From: Eledone cirrhosa
Lineage: Eukaryota
Assembly (NCBI GenBank): GCA_964016885.1
Contig: OZ024740.1
Span: 73,098,001-73,162,000, forward strand
DNA length: 64,000 bases
Direction of reading: 5' to 3'
The notes under the pieces: generated by a model
What the model was told of the DNA's origin: nothing
Databases searched by the model: none
What the model saw: only the letters and a program-made list of their open reading frames with translations
Program-made: the position numbers and the translations under genes
In this document: positions 18,526 to 32,326 of the stretch, piece after piece
Layout of the letters: the number at the start of each line of letters is the position of its first letter
How positions within the stretch are numbered: the stretch's first letter is position 1

Positions 18526-18797
18526 TATCTATCTATTTAACTATTAATCTAGCTGTCGTCTGTTCGATAGCGTAGACGTAATTCACCTCGCGCAGAAGTT
18601 TTGTTCCAATTTATTGCGAAAATTTTGTAAGTTTAATTTTAATTTTGATACTATTGTGTAGCTTGACCCCCCCCCCCCCCATCCCCCACCCCGTCTGAAC
18701 TGTCAAGCGGTGGGTCAGCTCATTTTCGCCCCTCCCAGGGGTGAAAAACCTGTTTTTAAAAAATTTTGTTGCATAAAATTTCAATCGTCTGGGAGAA

Positions 18798-20510
18798 ATG
18801 TTAAATGAAGCTAACGAAAATAGTGGTGGGGGGACAGCGGTAAGAGTTGTAAGCTCGCACGCTTTAGTCCCCCCTTCCTTCCCAACTAACGTCATAGAGA
18901 AGGAAAGAAAAAATAAAATAAAAACAGACGAATGTGCGGAGAAAAATGTCGACGAAAACACAAATCTGGAGATTGATTCCAACAACAAAAAAAATTTGAA
19001 AGAATTGCATGACAATATTAATACCACAAACAAAGACACAGCAAACACAAAAATAACATTTGAAAACAACAACATCATAACAGAAAGCAAAACAGACGAC
19101 AAAGTCAACACCAATAATATCTCATTTGCACAAACAACAAAAAAATCTTTAACGTACATACCTGAAAATATTTCAGATGTGGCACAAAGAATAAAAAACG
19201 CCAAACAATTCATAACTCAAGGGGAAAATGGAGCCTTGTCGGTAAAAATGCCCCAAGAACTCACCAAAGATATTGAAAGTCGGACGGTCGTTTTTCGCAC
19301 CATCAACAACATCTCAAAAAAGCCGCAACAACCAACACAAGTAGAAATTAAAGCGGTACTTAGAGAAGTACTTAATGAAGCCACTTTCATAAGAAGAGAC
19401 AGGCTGTATGGAAGCCTGGCCATTATTATGAAGAACGAATCGGCGGCGAAAAAATATGCTTTGTCGCCGATTCGTTCGACAAATTTTACCTTTTATCCAT
19501 CTTATATGGGTAAAAGAGCTCAGCGCATATGGCTGGATGCGATGATGCCAGATATGGACTACTGCTGGCTCATAGCTGGCTTCATCGATCCAGCGAATGA
19601 CAACGTGATTTCCATTGGGAAAACCACAGGCAATGCGTTCAGTGGAACAGGTATAGAACTTGTAATGCAAATGAAGCCTAAACGCATTGACCAAATACCT
19701 GACAGAATCCTATTAGAGGGCCACGGGTATATAAACATTAGCGTGGAGGGGAGAAGGCCGTCCTGTCATATCTGTGCAGGCAGAGGGCACCTGAAGGTGG
19801 CTTATCCCCAACTCAACAAGAAGAAAACCCTGCTACCAACACCAGCTCCACCACCACCACAACAGATAAACAAACAACAAAACTCAGTCCCACCCAACCC
19901 GTCCCTCAGTAAAACTACACCACCACCACAGCACAAACAAACACAACACATTACCCGAAAACAAAACACAGTCCCACCCAACCCCTCACTCAACAAAACA
20001 ACACAACCACCGCAGCCACAACACACAACACAGTCTAACATAGTGACATCCATCTCCCCCACAAAGAAAACTAACACGGAAACACTACCAATAAACATAC
20101 CTCTTCCCTCCAACACTGAAGATGACCCAACGAATTCGGAGGAAGAAACGGAGTCCTTCAGACAGATTAAAAGAAAAAAAAGAAAACATGTGCAAAACAC
20201 ACAAGGCCAAACAGCCCCTACCCAAATGTCAACACAATCCAACAAAACACAAAACACCCCTCCAGCAACAAACAAAACAAAACCTTCCCCTCCCCTCTTC
20301 GAAACACTCACACCATCCGAAAAAAAGACATTACACTATACTTACATCAACAGAAACAATAATAAATTAAATGAACTCATAAACAATAACCCTTCGGTAC
20401 AAACCGAAGGGGTAAACTTTGTTTTTTCAGAAAACAACCCACAATTAAAAGTAATAAAGGTCCCAATGAACCTCTACCAAAAACTAAAAAGGATTTTAAG
20501 GAGGATGTAG
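18798..20510 (+). CDS. Tx1-type ORF1 (gag-like nucleic-acid-binding protein)
   Basis: 570 aa. Zinc-knuckle remnant CHICAGRGHLKVAY (last Cys lost) after V-E-G-R-R-P-S, then a Pro/Thr/Gln low-complexity tail. A frameshift near the 3' end is likely. Confidence 0.75.
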   Translation: MLNEANENSGGGTAVRVVSSHALVPPSFPTNVIEKERKNKIKTDECAEKNVDENTNLEIDSNNKKNLKELHDNINTTNKDTANTKITFENNNIITESKTDDKVNTNNISFAQTTKKSLTYIPENISDVAQRIKNAKQFITQGENGALSVKMPQELTKDIESRTVVFRTINNISKKPQQPTQVEIKAVLREVLNEATFIRRDRLYGSLAIIMKNESAAKKYALSPIRSTNFTFYPSYMGKRAQRIWLDAMMPDMDYCWLIAGFIDPANDNVISIGKTTGNAFSGTGIELVMQMKPKRIDQIPDRILLEGHGYINISVEGRRPSCHICAGRGHLKVAYPQLNKKKTLLPTPAPPPPQQINKQQNSVPPNPSLSKTTPPPQHKQTQHITRKQNTVPPNPSLNKTTQPPQPQHTTQSNIVTSISPTKKTNTETLPINIPLPSNTEDDPTNSEEETESFRQIKRKKRKHVQNTQGQTAPTQMSTQSNKTQNTPPATNKTKPSPPLFETLTPSEKKTLHYTYINRNNNKLNELINNNPSVQTEGVNFVFSENNPQLKVIKVPMNLYQKLKRILRRM

Positions 20511-20740
20511 GACCACCCTCTGTCAAACCCATAAACCGCGTTCTCCTAAAAAGCTTTCCCCCTCCCCTTCCCCTCCCCAACACAACTCCAAACACCCCAA
20601 CCCCACCACACACTGACGACCCCACACCACCACAAGACACCCCTTCACCCAACACCCCCGACCCCATGGAAGTCGTGCGACCCGAACCCCGGGAAGTAGA
20701 AAGGTAGGTCTCTACACTCTCCTTTGGCTTTGCCGCCCAC

Positions 20741-23700
20741 ATGGATGTGTTAAGAGTAGGATGTGTGAATGCACGTGGCCTGGGCTCAACTTGGAAGCAA
20801 GCAAAGCTTCTAAATGACCTCAGGTCACGTGGTATAAATGTAATGGTTATCTGTGAGACACGGATCAGCGTCGTGCGGCAGCTGGCCTCTACCTTCGATG
20901 ACTTTGAGGTGCACGCATCTCTCTGTCAACCTGGAGGTGGGGGTGGGGTTGTCGTACTGCTGGAAAAACACCTAGGTCTCGCCGTACAGGTTGTTCACTC
21001 GGACCCGGAAGGTCGTTTGTTGGTGCTAGACGTTGGCAGTAGTGGAGGTGCGGCCTTGAGACTGGTCGCCATCTATTCCCCTTTCGGAGCTGAACGACCC
21101 GACTTCTTCCAGCGTCTGGAGACTTTTCTGGGAACGTCGCGTTCCCTGCTTCTAGCGGGGGACTGGAATGACATCCTAGATGCACGTTGGGACTATGCAG
21201 GAGCATGTCCTAATAGAGGGGGGTGTAACAGCCTCAAGGGGTTACTCGACCGTTTTAACTTGGTCGATAGATATCGACTAGATTTTCCAACTGTGCCAAC
21301 CTGGACTTGGACGAACCACAGTGGTCAATCTAGATCGTACTTAGATAGATTCTTAGTTAGAAGTAAGGATAGGGACATATTAAGCTGTCCAGAAATGCTC
21401 ACGGTTGACTATACGGATCACAAATTAGTGACCTGCGTAGTCAACCTCGAGAGAACACATAGACAGGGTCCCGGTTACTGGAAACTTAATTTGTCTGTAC
21501 CGGCAAAAGAGGCTTACAGAGACCGGATTAGCAGATTAGTTAAGGAGAGGTTGACGGGTGCAATCGTCAACAACCGATGGTGGGCATCTCTCAAAAGAGA
21601 GATTAGAACAGAATCAATAAGTTATAGCAAGATGTTAGCTGCCAATAGGAATAGGAACGAGAAAGAATTAACAGGTAAATTAGAAGAGGAAATCAAGAGC
21701 GAAGATGTGGCCAGAGTGCTGGCATCGAGGACGGCCTTGAGCCAGTTTTTCGATGCAAAGCACGAAGGCTGCGTCATTCGAAGTAAAATACGTGCTCTAG
21801 GTAATGAGGGGGCCAGAGCCGTTGGCTGGGCCCGCGCGTGACAGAAGCTAAGAGTGGAAATCGATCCACCATCCGGTCTTTGCAAGACGAGGATGGACGG
21901 GTGATCCGGGAGCCTAAGCAGATGTGCGAGGCCTTTCAAAGGCACTTTGCCCGATTGTTCGGGGGACGCGGGGGTCCGGGCGGGGACTTGGATTTCGGTC
22001 CATACCTCGACGGCCTACCGCGTCTCTCGAGCGAAGAGGCAGAGTCCTGCGAGGGACCAATCTCGGCTGATGAGATCGGGGATGCGCTGAGCCAATGCAG
22101 CAGACGCAAATCTCCAGGTCTCGATGGTATACCTTACGAACTTTATTTAGCAATGCCGGTATACTTCTCCGAACTCCTCGAAGCAGTCTACTGCAATTGA
22201 CAGCAGAACAGGAGAATTCCTTGTTCTGTAGCCAAGGGCGTAGTCTCGCTGGTGAGGAAGGACGAGAACAAGGGGGATAGTATAAATAATTTTCGGCCCA
22301 TAACCCTGCTAAATACAGAGTTAAAGATTTTGGCCAAGGTGTTAGCAAAGAGGTTGGCGCTTGTCGTGAGTAGCCTGGTGGGAGATGCGCAGACATGTGC
22401 TATCCCATCCAGGTCCATTCACGACAACCTCCACCTCATGCGATACATCATAGAGAGGGTTGGCAACAAACCCGGCTTCGGTGGAGCCCTGATCAACTTG
22501 GACCAGTCTAAGGCATTCGATAGGGTCGACCATGGTTACCTGGATGCGGTGCTAGCGGCGGCTGGGTTCGGTCCTGTTTTCAGAGGCTGGATCACTGCCT
22601 TACATAGCAACCACATCTGTTCTAGGATCAAGGTGAACGGCTACCTTTCGAAGCCGTTCGAAATCAAACGATCCATTCGACAGGGGTTCCCTCTCTCCTC
22701 CCTTCTGTACGTATTGACTCTCGAGCCACTACTGAGGAAGTTGGAGTTGTTGCAGGGTATCCCCCTGGAACCAGGATTGAGCAAAGCGGTGTCGGCCTAC
22801 GCCGATGACGTAACAGTAATGGTATCGACCGACTCGGAGATCGAGGCGATCGGTACCTTACTGGAGGAATACGAAAGGTTGTCAGGAGCGAAACTGAACC
22901 GGGAAAAATCCATCGGGCTGCAACTCGGAACGTGGAGAGGCAGACCGATGCCTCCCGACGGTGTCGTCGGACACTGGACGGAGGGCCCGGTGAAGTTGCT
23001 TGGGGTCTGGTTTGGACCGGACCTCCAGGTGGAAAAGAACTGGGGCGAGGTTACGAGCAAGGTGTTTGCACTGACCCAGAAATGGGCCAAGTGTAAGCTG
23101 TCCCTGAAAGGTCGGGCGGAGGTGGCGAACATTTACATAGCGTCCGTCACCTACTACCGCCTGACTGTCGTGCCTTGCCCTAAGGAAACACTCACCACCA
23201 TGGAGCGCATGCTCTTTCAATTCCTTTGGAAGAAGCGCCCTCCTATGGTGAGAAGATCCATCTGCTGCCAACAACCTTCGAAAGGAGGGCTGGGGATGCC
23301 GTGGTTGATGATGCGTAGGCACGCATTAAGGCTACAACACCTACAGGTATTCCTCACTGGTCAACCGGTGTGGGCTCCGTTCGTGAGACGAACCTTTCCG
23401 AGACTCGTCTCGCTCACCGAGCTGCAGTCCTGGGTCAAGCAAAGATCCGGAAAACTGGGCGACTGGTACACTGAGTGTGCCCAGGCGCTCAGGGCTCTCT
23501 GGCAAGCGGACCCGGCCATCGGTGGAGAATCCACCTCGTCATTCTATAGAGGGCTGGTGGCTAGCAGGGGCGATGACACCCTTGGAGAGTCGCTGGACAT
23601 GGAAGAGGACGAACTGGCCAGCCTGTTCGGTAGGACTTTCGGCCCGGGACCAATGGACAACTTCCAGAAGTCACTGGCTTGGCAGTGCTACCGGGGGGCT

Positions 23701-24114
23701 CTACTCGTTCGAGAAAAGCTCTACAGACACGGGCGCCCGGGCAGGGATCCCTCGAAAAAGATTTGCCCTAGATGCGTGCGTCACGAAGAAACCGTTGCGC
23801 ACGCATTGGTGCACTGTCCGGGCGTGGCTGATCTGTGGGGCTACGCCGAACGACTGCTGTCGCGGGTGGCGCCGATTCGATTGACCGCCGAGTCCGTGGT
23901 AACAATCAAGCCGCCTCCCCTCTTCACAAAGGAAGCAAAGGCGGTTTTTCTGTGCGTAATAGCCATGTTGAAAGAGGTTGTTTGGTGGACACGATTGAAA
24001 GGTCTGAGGTCAGGCAACTTCCTCTCTGGCCATAGTCTGGTCTACTTCTTCCGATATCACTTCGGAAGAAGCATAAGAATGGAGAGAGGTGCTTGGCCAC
24101 AGGCAGTTTTATGA
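20741..24114 (+). pseudogene. Tx1-type ORF2: AP endonuclease, reverse transcriptase and C-terminal zinc motif, disrupted
   Basis: APE motifs NARG, CET, GDWN, YLDRF, TDH. RT motifs FRPITLLN, LDQSKAFDRV, RQGFPLS, YADD (22798-22809). C-terminal CPRC..EETVAHALVHC. Frameshift near 21840 and an in-frame TGA at 22198-22200. Confidence 0.9.
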
Positions 24115-24674
24115 AAGGTGGGTGATAGTGGCGAGAATGGCTCATGTAAATGGGCCTTCTCTGTATACCATCCTGTAGGTAAAGAAGTGAAGGAGAGGGG
24201 AGCACCTCCTCCATGTGCTCCCCGGGCAAAGGATTGCACACTTTTTCGGGGGGGGGGGGGTGCAACCCCCATCACGTCCCCTCCCTTTTGAGGTTGTTTT
24301 TGATTATTTTCATTTTATACCCTTTTTACTCGGTTTTATGTAAACTCCCCCTTTGTATTTGTCCCTTCTTTTTATACCTTTATGGTAAATAAAGAAATCT
24401 ATCTATCTATTTAACTATCTATCGGTCTATATACCTGTCTTTATGTCAGTCTGTCTGTCTGTCTACCTGTCTACTACCTGTCTATCTTTCAGTCTGTCTC
24501 TCTGTCTTTATATACCTGTTCACTCGCTACGTCTAAAGTTTTACTTTCTCTTCTCTCTCTCTTTCTCTCTTTCTCTCTTTCTTCCTCTCTCTTTTTCTTC
24601 TACTCGCAATCTCCCCCCCCCCCCCCCGCTCTCTCTTTCTAAAAGATGCCGCTCTTTGCAGACCATCGTAACAA

Positions 24675-24705
<31 letters not shown>

Positions 24706-25343
24706 TACATAGGTTGAAGTTGCTTACATATATACACACACGCATAAAAACACACTTACGCACACAAACACACATATTCACGTCGACAAATACACACACA
24801 GACACATAGTTACGTATATGTGCACGCATATACAGACATGTGCGCGCGCAGTGTTAGATTTTACTTTAACCAGTTTCTACAAAGTTTAATGACGCACGTA
24901 CATGTAACTTGTACGAAGGAATATACTTCTCTTTATATATCTTTCTTTCCATCTTTAATTCTGTATCTATCTATCTTTCTTCCTTTTTTTTCTTTGTTTC
25001 ATTCATGAGACTTTCGTGCTATAAAAATACAACACTTTCTTCCTGATGTCATATAAAATTCTGTTTTCTTATAGTTTAATTGCTATAAGTTAATGCTTTG
25101 TCTTGTCGCTTACTCCACTGGACAGCGCTTTGGCTTGTGTCAGACGCTGTGACACTGGGTGAACCAGCAGTACCATTGGAAGAGTAATAAAAATACAAAC
25201 GAAAAACACAGAACTCCAGGGTCATCGGCCGTTGACTTAAATGTGTGTGTGTGTGTGTAAAAGGTAAACAGAAATAACAACACAAACGGCACAGTATATG
25301 GAAGGAATATATTAGGTTAACGCTCGAAATATCAGGAAGAGGG

Positions 25344-25379
25344 TCTTAACGTTTCGGATGCTAATCCTTCATCAGAAGA
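25344..25379 (-). ncRNA. Minimal Penelope-type hammerhead
   Basis: tctt CUGAUGA aggau uagc aucc GAAA CG UU aaga, with the AACGUU palindrome as stem III. Confidence 0.55.
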
Positions 25380-25842
25380 AAGAATGAGAAATTAGATTGA
25401 TTGAAGGGACGGATGGGGCGGAATCGGAAAAAATGTTTTTAGAGAAAAATACAGGTCCATTCATGGTCGCCATCTCTTGGAAAACTGTTGATATACGTTT
25501 TTGATATACTTTTTTAGAGAAGTGGATGATGGAGCGCGTCTACCTGAAATGGAAAAAAAAGTTTTGTATAAAGAGCTATACTTGTGCGCGTGCGTATGCG
25601 CGCGCGCGTGTGTGTGTGTATTCGAAAATAAGGTTTTTAAATATATCCCATACGGGTAAACATATAAGGAAGAGAAAATGCAATTTTAAGAAGGTTTATT
25701 TACAATAAGTAGTGGAGGATACTCGTCGGACGTCATTTGCAATAATTTATAACTTTACCGGTTTCACAACTTTCATGATTTTCAACTTGATTCAGAACGT
25801 TACATACGAAGATATTATATACATTCGTGTATATGTATATGC

Positions 25843-25874
<32 letters not shown>

Positions 25875-26290
25875 CTAGAAGTATGTGCGTGTTGTGTTTA
25901 CACACATACAAACACAAACACTTACTCCTAGAGTGTATGCTACTGTGGCGTAGATAGATAAGTTGGTAAGCAGATTGATAGATACGTGTGTATATATATG
26001 TATGTCTTTCTGTTTGTTGATCTGTAGTGTGAAATGTTTAAAATGTACAGACTAAGGCCTTGCTGGAGCACCGCCTTATACATATGCAGACACATAGCCG
26101 AACAGGCAGATATTTAGGCTGAGCCGTTGATGTGGTCAATCGGTCTGTTAGAAATGGGAGTCAAATCTATCTCAAATCATACCCTTTCATCTTCCATGGC
26201 TCTTAACTCCTTGTGGAATGTTGCGTCTTAAGTATTTAAACATGGCGGAGCCTATTCTCTCAAGTCGAAATGCAGTCGATTTCTTCTAAA

Positions 26291-26381
26291 GAAGAAGAAG
26301 AAGAAGAAGAAGAAGAAGAAGAAGAAGAAGAAGAAGAAGAAGAAGAAGAAGAAGAAGAAGAAGAAGAAGAAGAAGAAGAAA
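26291..26381. repeat. (GAA)n microsatellite
   Basis: About 30 perfect units. Confidence 0.97.
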
Positions 26382-26561
26382 GTACTGTCTTGCTGATATA
26401 TTTATCAATCTTGAATGTATGGAAGGCAAAGTTGACTTCCGTGCGATTTGAACTCAGAGTATAGAAAGCCAGAATAAATACTACAAATACTGATGACTCA
26501 GTCAGTTCGCTGTATCATTTCGTCGAAAATAAGGGAAAGACATATGTATTATTGTGTAGGC

Positions 26562-27216
26562 CAGTGGTTCCCAAACTTTTTTTTATCGCGGAACCCCTTG
26601 ACATTATCGCGGAACCCTCCTGCACATGAATTAAACTAGTAGTTGCGGAAGGTTGTGCTGCATGTTCAGCAATTTCTGTATCTTCTATAGAAGATTTTGT
26701 TTCTGTATTTCTTGTAATTTCAGTTCCTTTACGAATTTCTTGTTTATTTAACCATCGATCCATTGAAGGGCTTTGAAAATAAAAATGTTAATAAAACTCA
26801 AAAATAAACTCATTGACAAGGAACAAATGTTTATTGATACAGGATACAGCACGTGTTCACCGTGTGAGACTTGGTACCTATGTTACGTTTAAGAGAGAAC
26901 TTAAATATTCAAATGAGAGATTCAAATACGTAAGTTTATTGTAAAAAGTTATAAATCTGATTATAATTCTGAGTATTACACGGTGCTCACAGTACACCCT
27001 TAATAATGGAATGCTACAACCCAACTAAACGATTTGGCTGGGAGCTCCGCAGTGTAACACTCTTTGCATGTTTATATGGGGAGTATATACCGATCATACA
27101 CGTTACAACTTGTTAGTCTTTATTTTTATAGTAAACTTCAGCTTGCGCCTTACGGAACCCCGGGCCTTGCTTCACGGAACCCTAAGGTTCCGCGGAACCC
27201 ACTTTGGGAACCACTG
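26562..27216. mobile_element. hAT (Charlie-like) MITE
   Basis: TIRs cagtggttcccaaa / tttgggaaccactg and subterminal cggaaccc repeats at both ends. The 8-bp TSD is not intact. Confidence 0.75.
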
Positions 27217-27228
27217 ATCTAATGTAAT

Positions 27229-27453
27229 GATTTCTAGTATAGGCACAAGGCCAGTAATTGGGGGGGGGGGGGGGGGGGGGAAGTCGATTAAATCAACCCC
27301 ACTACGTTACTGGTGCTTTATTTTATCGACCCCGTAAGGATGAAAGGCAAAGTTAACCTCAGCAGGATTTGAACTCAGACCGCAAAGGGCCGTAACTCTA
27401 TGCTTCTAAGCATTGTGTCCTACTCTCTACCGATACTGCCAATCTACCGCCCT
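27229..27453 (-). mobile_element. tRNA-SINE family B, full length
   Basis: Minus strand: gggcggtagattggcag (A box), gagttcaaatcc (B box), gcctttcatccttacggggtcgataaaataaag central domain, gccttgtgcc...tagaaa tail. Confidence 0.85.
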
Positions 27454-27871
27454 TATCTATATATTATCTAATGTGATCCTAGACATACCAAAAAGAGGGA
27501 ATGGCCACGACTGGAATGCCTTTTATCATATGTTTGCTCCATTTGCGTAAACTTTGATGGGACAAACCAAAAACACTCCCCAAGATCAACCCCTGGGTAC
27601 TTAGCGCCATATGCTTGCTCTACAATATGTGCATTAAATATTGAAATAACTACATCTCTCTTGATTCCCTTTGGGGAGGTCAACTACAGTTGGTATTGCT
27701 GTCGTTGTTATTATTGCTGGTGATACTAGTGATGATGATGTTATCAAGGCCGGCACTATCATTAAGGCCAACTAAGCAGCCGCCTAGAGCCTTTGGTGCA
27801 TTACGGAACCCTAAAGAATAAAGGTTTTATACAAATTTATTTTAAAATAATATAGTAGTAAAATAATAATG

Positions 27872-28071
27872 GCTTCTGTTTTAGATACAAGGCCAGCAAT
27901 TTTTTTTGGGGGGGAGTCGATTAAATCGAGCTCAGTTCATTACTGGTACTTTATTTTATCGACCCCGCAATGATGAAAGGCACAACTAACCTCGGCGGGA
28001 TTTGAACTCAGAACGTAAAGGGTCATAACCTCTATGCTGCAAAGCATGGTGTCCGACGCTCCACCGACACT
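27872..28071 (-). mobile_element. tRNA-SINE family B
   Basis: Same domains as 27229-27453, with the 5' end clipped. Confidence 0.8.
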
Positions 28072-28200
28072 GAGCTCTTACCGTTTCAACAGCTAGTAAT
28101 TGAAACGGCAAGAGCTCAGCCTTTGTGCCCCAACTCTATATAATATAATCATACTCTACTATCCCAAGTATTGAGTACTCTGTTGAGTAATGGTCTAACA
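28070..28200 (+). mobile_element. Family P1-related fold-back copy
   Basis: ctgagctctt-ccgtttcaa...ttgaaacgg-aagagctcag hairpin plus tail actctactatcccaagtattgagtact. Confidence 0.6.
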
Positions 28201-28323
28201 AGATTTATCTGATTTTATCCTGATTTTAATGTTCGATATAACCCACACGTACATATGTATGTGTATGTATGTATATGTGTATATGTGGGCATACTTACAT
28301 TTATATATATAAGTGTATGTATG

Positions 28324-28364
<41 letters not shown>

Positions 28365-28390
28365 TCGCTAAAACAATCTCTATACCTCTC

Positions 28391-28435
<45 letters not shown>

Positions 28436-28492
28436 AACGAGGTTTGGTGAAAAGTTCTCATACATACATACATACATACATATATGCACACA

Positions 28493-28578
<86 letters not shown>

Positions 28579-29158
28579 ATATAAATGCACACACATATAT
28601 ATGTGGTCAATTATCATGCCCTGCGTGTATCTCCATAACCCTTACCTCGCTCCCCGCTCTCTCTCTCCCCTTACATTACATTCTCCCCTTTATACGTTTT
28701 TTTATTATCGTACGTTGCCCCTTTAACTGCCTCTTTCTTGAGCTTCTAGTGGAGGCGGAGGGGGAGGAGGAGGAAAGGAAAAGGTGGAGGAGGGGGATAG
28801 GTAAGTAGGAGGGGAAAAGGAGAGGAAGACTTGTTTTAAAGCACTTCAATAACAATGCTTCTTGGCGTTTTACAATAGAACTGAAACGTAACTACTGTGG
28901 TGATGATGATGATGATGATGCGGAGGAGGAGGATATACACACACATACATGCATCCATACATAATTTCTTGTTCTCTCTCTTGTATTAAGAAGGGTATTC
29001 GATAACTTTCCCAGTCTGGCCTACCAGCTCTATACGGATGTTTAATATTCTCAACAGCTGAAGACTTTGGAGTTGTCTTTGGTTTCCCTTCAAATTTTTT
29101 TTTTTCGTTCTGCCTTGCTTTCGTTCACTGTCTTCTCTTTGTCAATTATCCTAATTTT

Positions 29159-29211
<53 letters not shown>

Positions 29212-29561
29212 ATGAGAAGAAAGAAGAATACTGCGTGGTTTGACATGGGTTACATATGATAAAAATAGTCCTTCGTCAGTGATTTTCCAACCATCATTGG
29301 TATTTCATCGCATTAAAAATCAGATACCTCAGGTTGGTGCGAGCAATAATCTAAAAAAAGTTATTGGGACAAGTAATCGCGTAAAGCGAGGGGGACAAGT
29401 GAACAACATAGAAGGATAAAATCAAACCAAAGAAATGAAATAAGCAAGCAACATGGTAGTCCTGGTCAGCATAAGCTGGGTGGATTTCATTAGCGAAAGG
29501 TAAAGACGTCCGACGTGAGTGAGATGTAAGCAAGAAGAGGCCCACTGTTAGCCAAACGGGA

Positions 29562-29674
<113 letters not shown>

Positions 29675-29770
29675 TGCCTCCTGTGTTTTCTTCGTTCATT
29701 TTCAACTATATATATATATATTATAAAATAACAGGAGGCTGGACTGGTGTAAATCTTTGAAAGGTTTATT

Positions 29771-29828
29771 ATACTATGATCATTTCAATGACCGAGTTCA
29801 ATATGAATCCGGTGATATCATCAGGTAT
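29771..29828 (-). ncRNA. Minimal type I hammerhead
   Basis: atac CUGAUGA uaucaccg...cggucauu GAAA UGAUCA UA gtat, with palindromic UGAUCA in stem III. Confidence 0.6.
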
Positions 29829-30014
29829 TCAAAATATAACAAAGGAATATAACAGAATAATAATCCATGGGGCTGAAAATCAGAGACAAGAGGACGACCG
29901 ACTATTTAGCAGCTTCTACCTCAGTCGGCCGCCCTCGAGATTGACCATACGCAATGACCAGTTCTATCCAGTGGTGAACCAACAAACCTAAATATATATA
30001 TATATATATATATA

Positions 30015-30380
30015 TTGTTTCTAATTTTTGGCACAAGGCCAGAAATTTCCCAGTGCATTACTGGTACTTTATTTTATCGACTCCGTAAGGATGAAAGGCA
30101 AAGTTAACCTCGGCGGGATTCGAATTCAAAATTGCAAGGGCCGTAACTCTAGGTGTCAAAGCATAGCGTCCGAACCTCTACTGATACTGCCAATCCACCA
30201 ACTGGCAGTATCGGTAGAGGGTCGGACGCCATGCTTTCTAGCATAGTTACGTCCCTTTACAGTCAGAGTTCAAATCCCGTCGAGGTTAACTTTGCCTTTC
30301 ATCCTTATGGAGTCGATAAAATAAAATACCAGTAATGCACTGGGTAATTGCTGGCCTTGTGCTATAAGTAGAAACAATTA

Positions 30381-30381
<1 letters not shown>
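30015..30381. mobile_element. Head-to-head inverted pair of family-B SINEs
   Basis: Minus copy at 30015-30200 and plus copy at 30203-30381. Confidence 0.85.
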
Positions 30382-30419
<38 letters not shown>

Positions 30420-30461
30420 GAGAAAAATCGAGGAAGTTTCGTTCACATGTATTAGATTATT

Positions 30462-30500
<39 letters not shown>

Positions 30501-30648
30501 AGAGAGAGAGATAGAGCAATGCACCAGTTCTTGTAAACATCTCATTCTTAAGTTAGTAATATGTTGCTATGACGTGTCCTTATTTTATTTATTTTATTAT
30601 TTGTCATATATCCTTATATTATTATAGGATTCACATGTTGCTGATCAT

Positions 30649-30735
<87 letters not shown>

Positions 30736-30898
30736 CTCCCCCTCCCTCGTACCCTCTCTCCGGATCTCAACGTAACTTTAAAGTGACTCAACATTTCTTT
30801 GAAAAAATGTATTAATAAATAAATATGCAAATAAAAATTATATATATAATTATCTAACTCTACCTTACGTATCCTATTCATTCATATATATGTATGTA

Positions 30899-31025
<127 letters not shown>

Positions 31026-31040
31026 CAAAGAGTGTGTGAT

Positions 31041-31222
31041 GAGATACCAGCTAGACCATAACGCACCAGAGTACTTGATATTTCGGGTAGTAGATTGGGT
31101 AATATGAAAAGAGTCAGGATCCCGGCGGCTGAGCTCCGGCCGTTTCGACAGCTAGATCGGGTTCGAATCTAGCTGTCGAAACGGCCGGAGCTCCGCCGTC
31201 AGGGTCCTTTATCTTTTCATAT
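31041..31222 (-). mobile_element. Family P1-related fold-back copy
   Basis: gtttcgacagctagat..atctagctgtcgaaac palindrome with GAAAC...GUC arms. Tail toward 31041. Confidence 0.65.
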
Positions 31223-31364
31223 ATATATATATATATACAATAAAGTATGTCCATAGAATCATTTGATAAGATATATACACCATTTCCTCTCCCAATTAGC
31301 ATAATCAACCACACAAAAAACCAATTAAACCAGGCTATCAGATTAAAAGGCACCTATGAAGAAA

Positions 31365-31550
31365 TAATTGTTTCTACTTTTGGCACAAGGCCAGCAATTA
31401 CCCAGTGTATTACTGGTACTTTATTTTATCGACTCCGTAAGGATGAAAGACAAAGTTAACCTCGGCGGGATTTGATCTCAGAATGGCAAGGGCCGTAACT
31501 CTATGCGTGAAAGCATGGCGTCCGACCCTCTACCGATACTGCCAATCCAC
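31365..31550 (-). mobile_element. tRNA-SINE family B inserted into an older element
   Basis: Flanking duplication cacctatgaagaa at 31351-31363 and 31548-31560. Confidence 0.85.
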
Positions 31551-31603
31551 CTATGAAGAAGTAATAGATAAATAAACGGCAGCCATCTATTCAGCCATCT
31601 ATA

Positions 31604-31900
31604 CGGGGTCGATAAAATAAAGTACCAGTAATGTACTGGGCAATTGCTGGCCTTGTGTCAAAAGTAGAAACTATTATTAGTATATATTTATATATATATA
31701 TATATATATACTAATAATAATTGTTTCTACTTTTGACAAAAGGCCAGCAATTGCCCAGTACATTACTGGTACTTTATTTTATCGACCCCGTAAGGATGAA
31801 AGCGAAAGGTAAGCTCGGCGGGATTTGAACTCAGACCGTAAAGGGACGTAACTATGGTAGAAAGCATGGCGTCCGACCCTCTACCGAAACTGCCAATCCA
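31604..31900. mobile_element. Tail-to-tail family-B SINE pair
   Basis: Plus-strand 3' fragment 31604-31672, (TA)n spacer, minus copy 31719-31900. Confidence 0.8.
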
Positions 31901-32135
31901 ATAATGGTATATATATTAGTATATAATATACTAATATATATACTAATATATATACCATTATTAGTATATATTAGTATATATATTAGTATATTATTAATAT
32001 ATATACTAATGTATACTAATAATAATAATAAAGAGGACGAACTGTTAGATCTTCATTACGTTTATTGAGGTGTGACGTGCGATTGAGCGTAATGAAGATC
32101 TGGGAGTTTTTTTTACTAGTAGTAATATTACAAGG

Positions 32136-32326
32136 GGATTGGCAGTATCAGTAGAGGGTCGGACGCCATGCTTTGCAGCATAGTTACGTCCCTTTATGGT
32201 GTGAGTTCAAATCCCACCAATGTTAACTTTAAGGTCGATAAAACAAAGCACCAGTAATGTTCTGGGGTAGATTAAATCGACCTTCCCCTTCCTTTCAAAT
32301 TACTGGCCTTGTGCCTAAAGTAGAAA
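32136..32326 (+). mobile_element. tRNA-SINE family B
   Basis: ggattggcagtatc...gagttcaaatccc...ggccttgtgcctaaagtagaaa. Confidence 0.8.

Larger units (their letters stand above)
18545..24399 (+). mobile_element. Full-length Tx1/L1-group non-LTR retrotransposon, disabled
   Basis: ORF1 plus APE-RT-CCHC ORF2, AATAAA at 24388, and a 19-bp duplication tatctatctatttaactat at 18526-18544 and 24400-24418. Confidence 0.9.

Noticed and set aside
26270-26464. Poly-Glu ORF (and the poly-Ser ORF at 61592)
   Set aside because: Pure (GAA)n/(TTC)n microsatellite.
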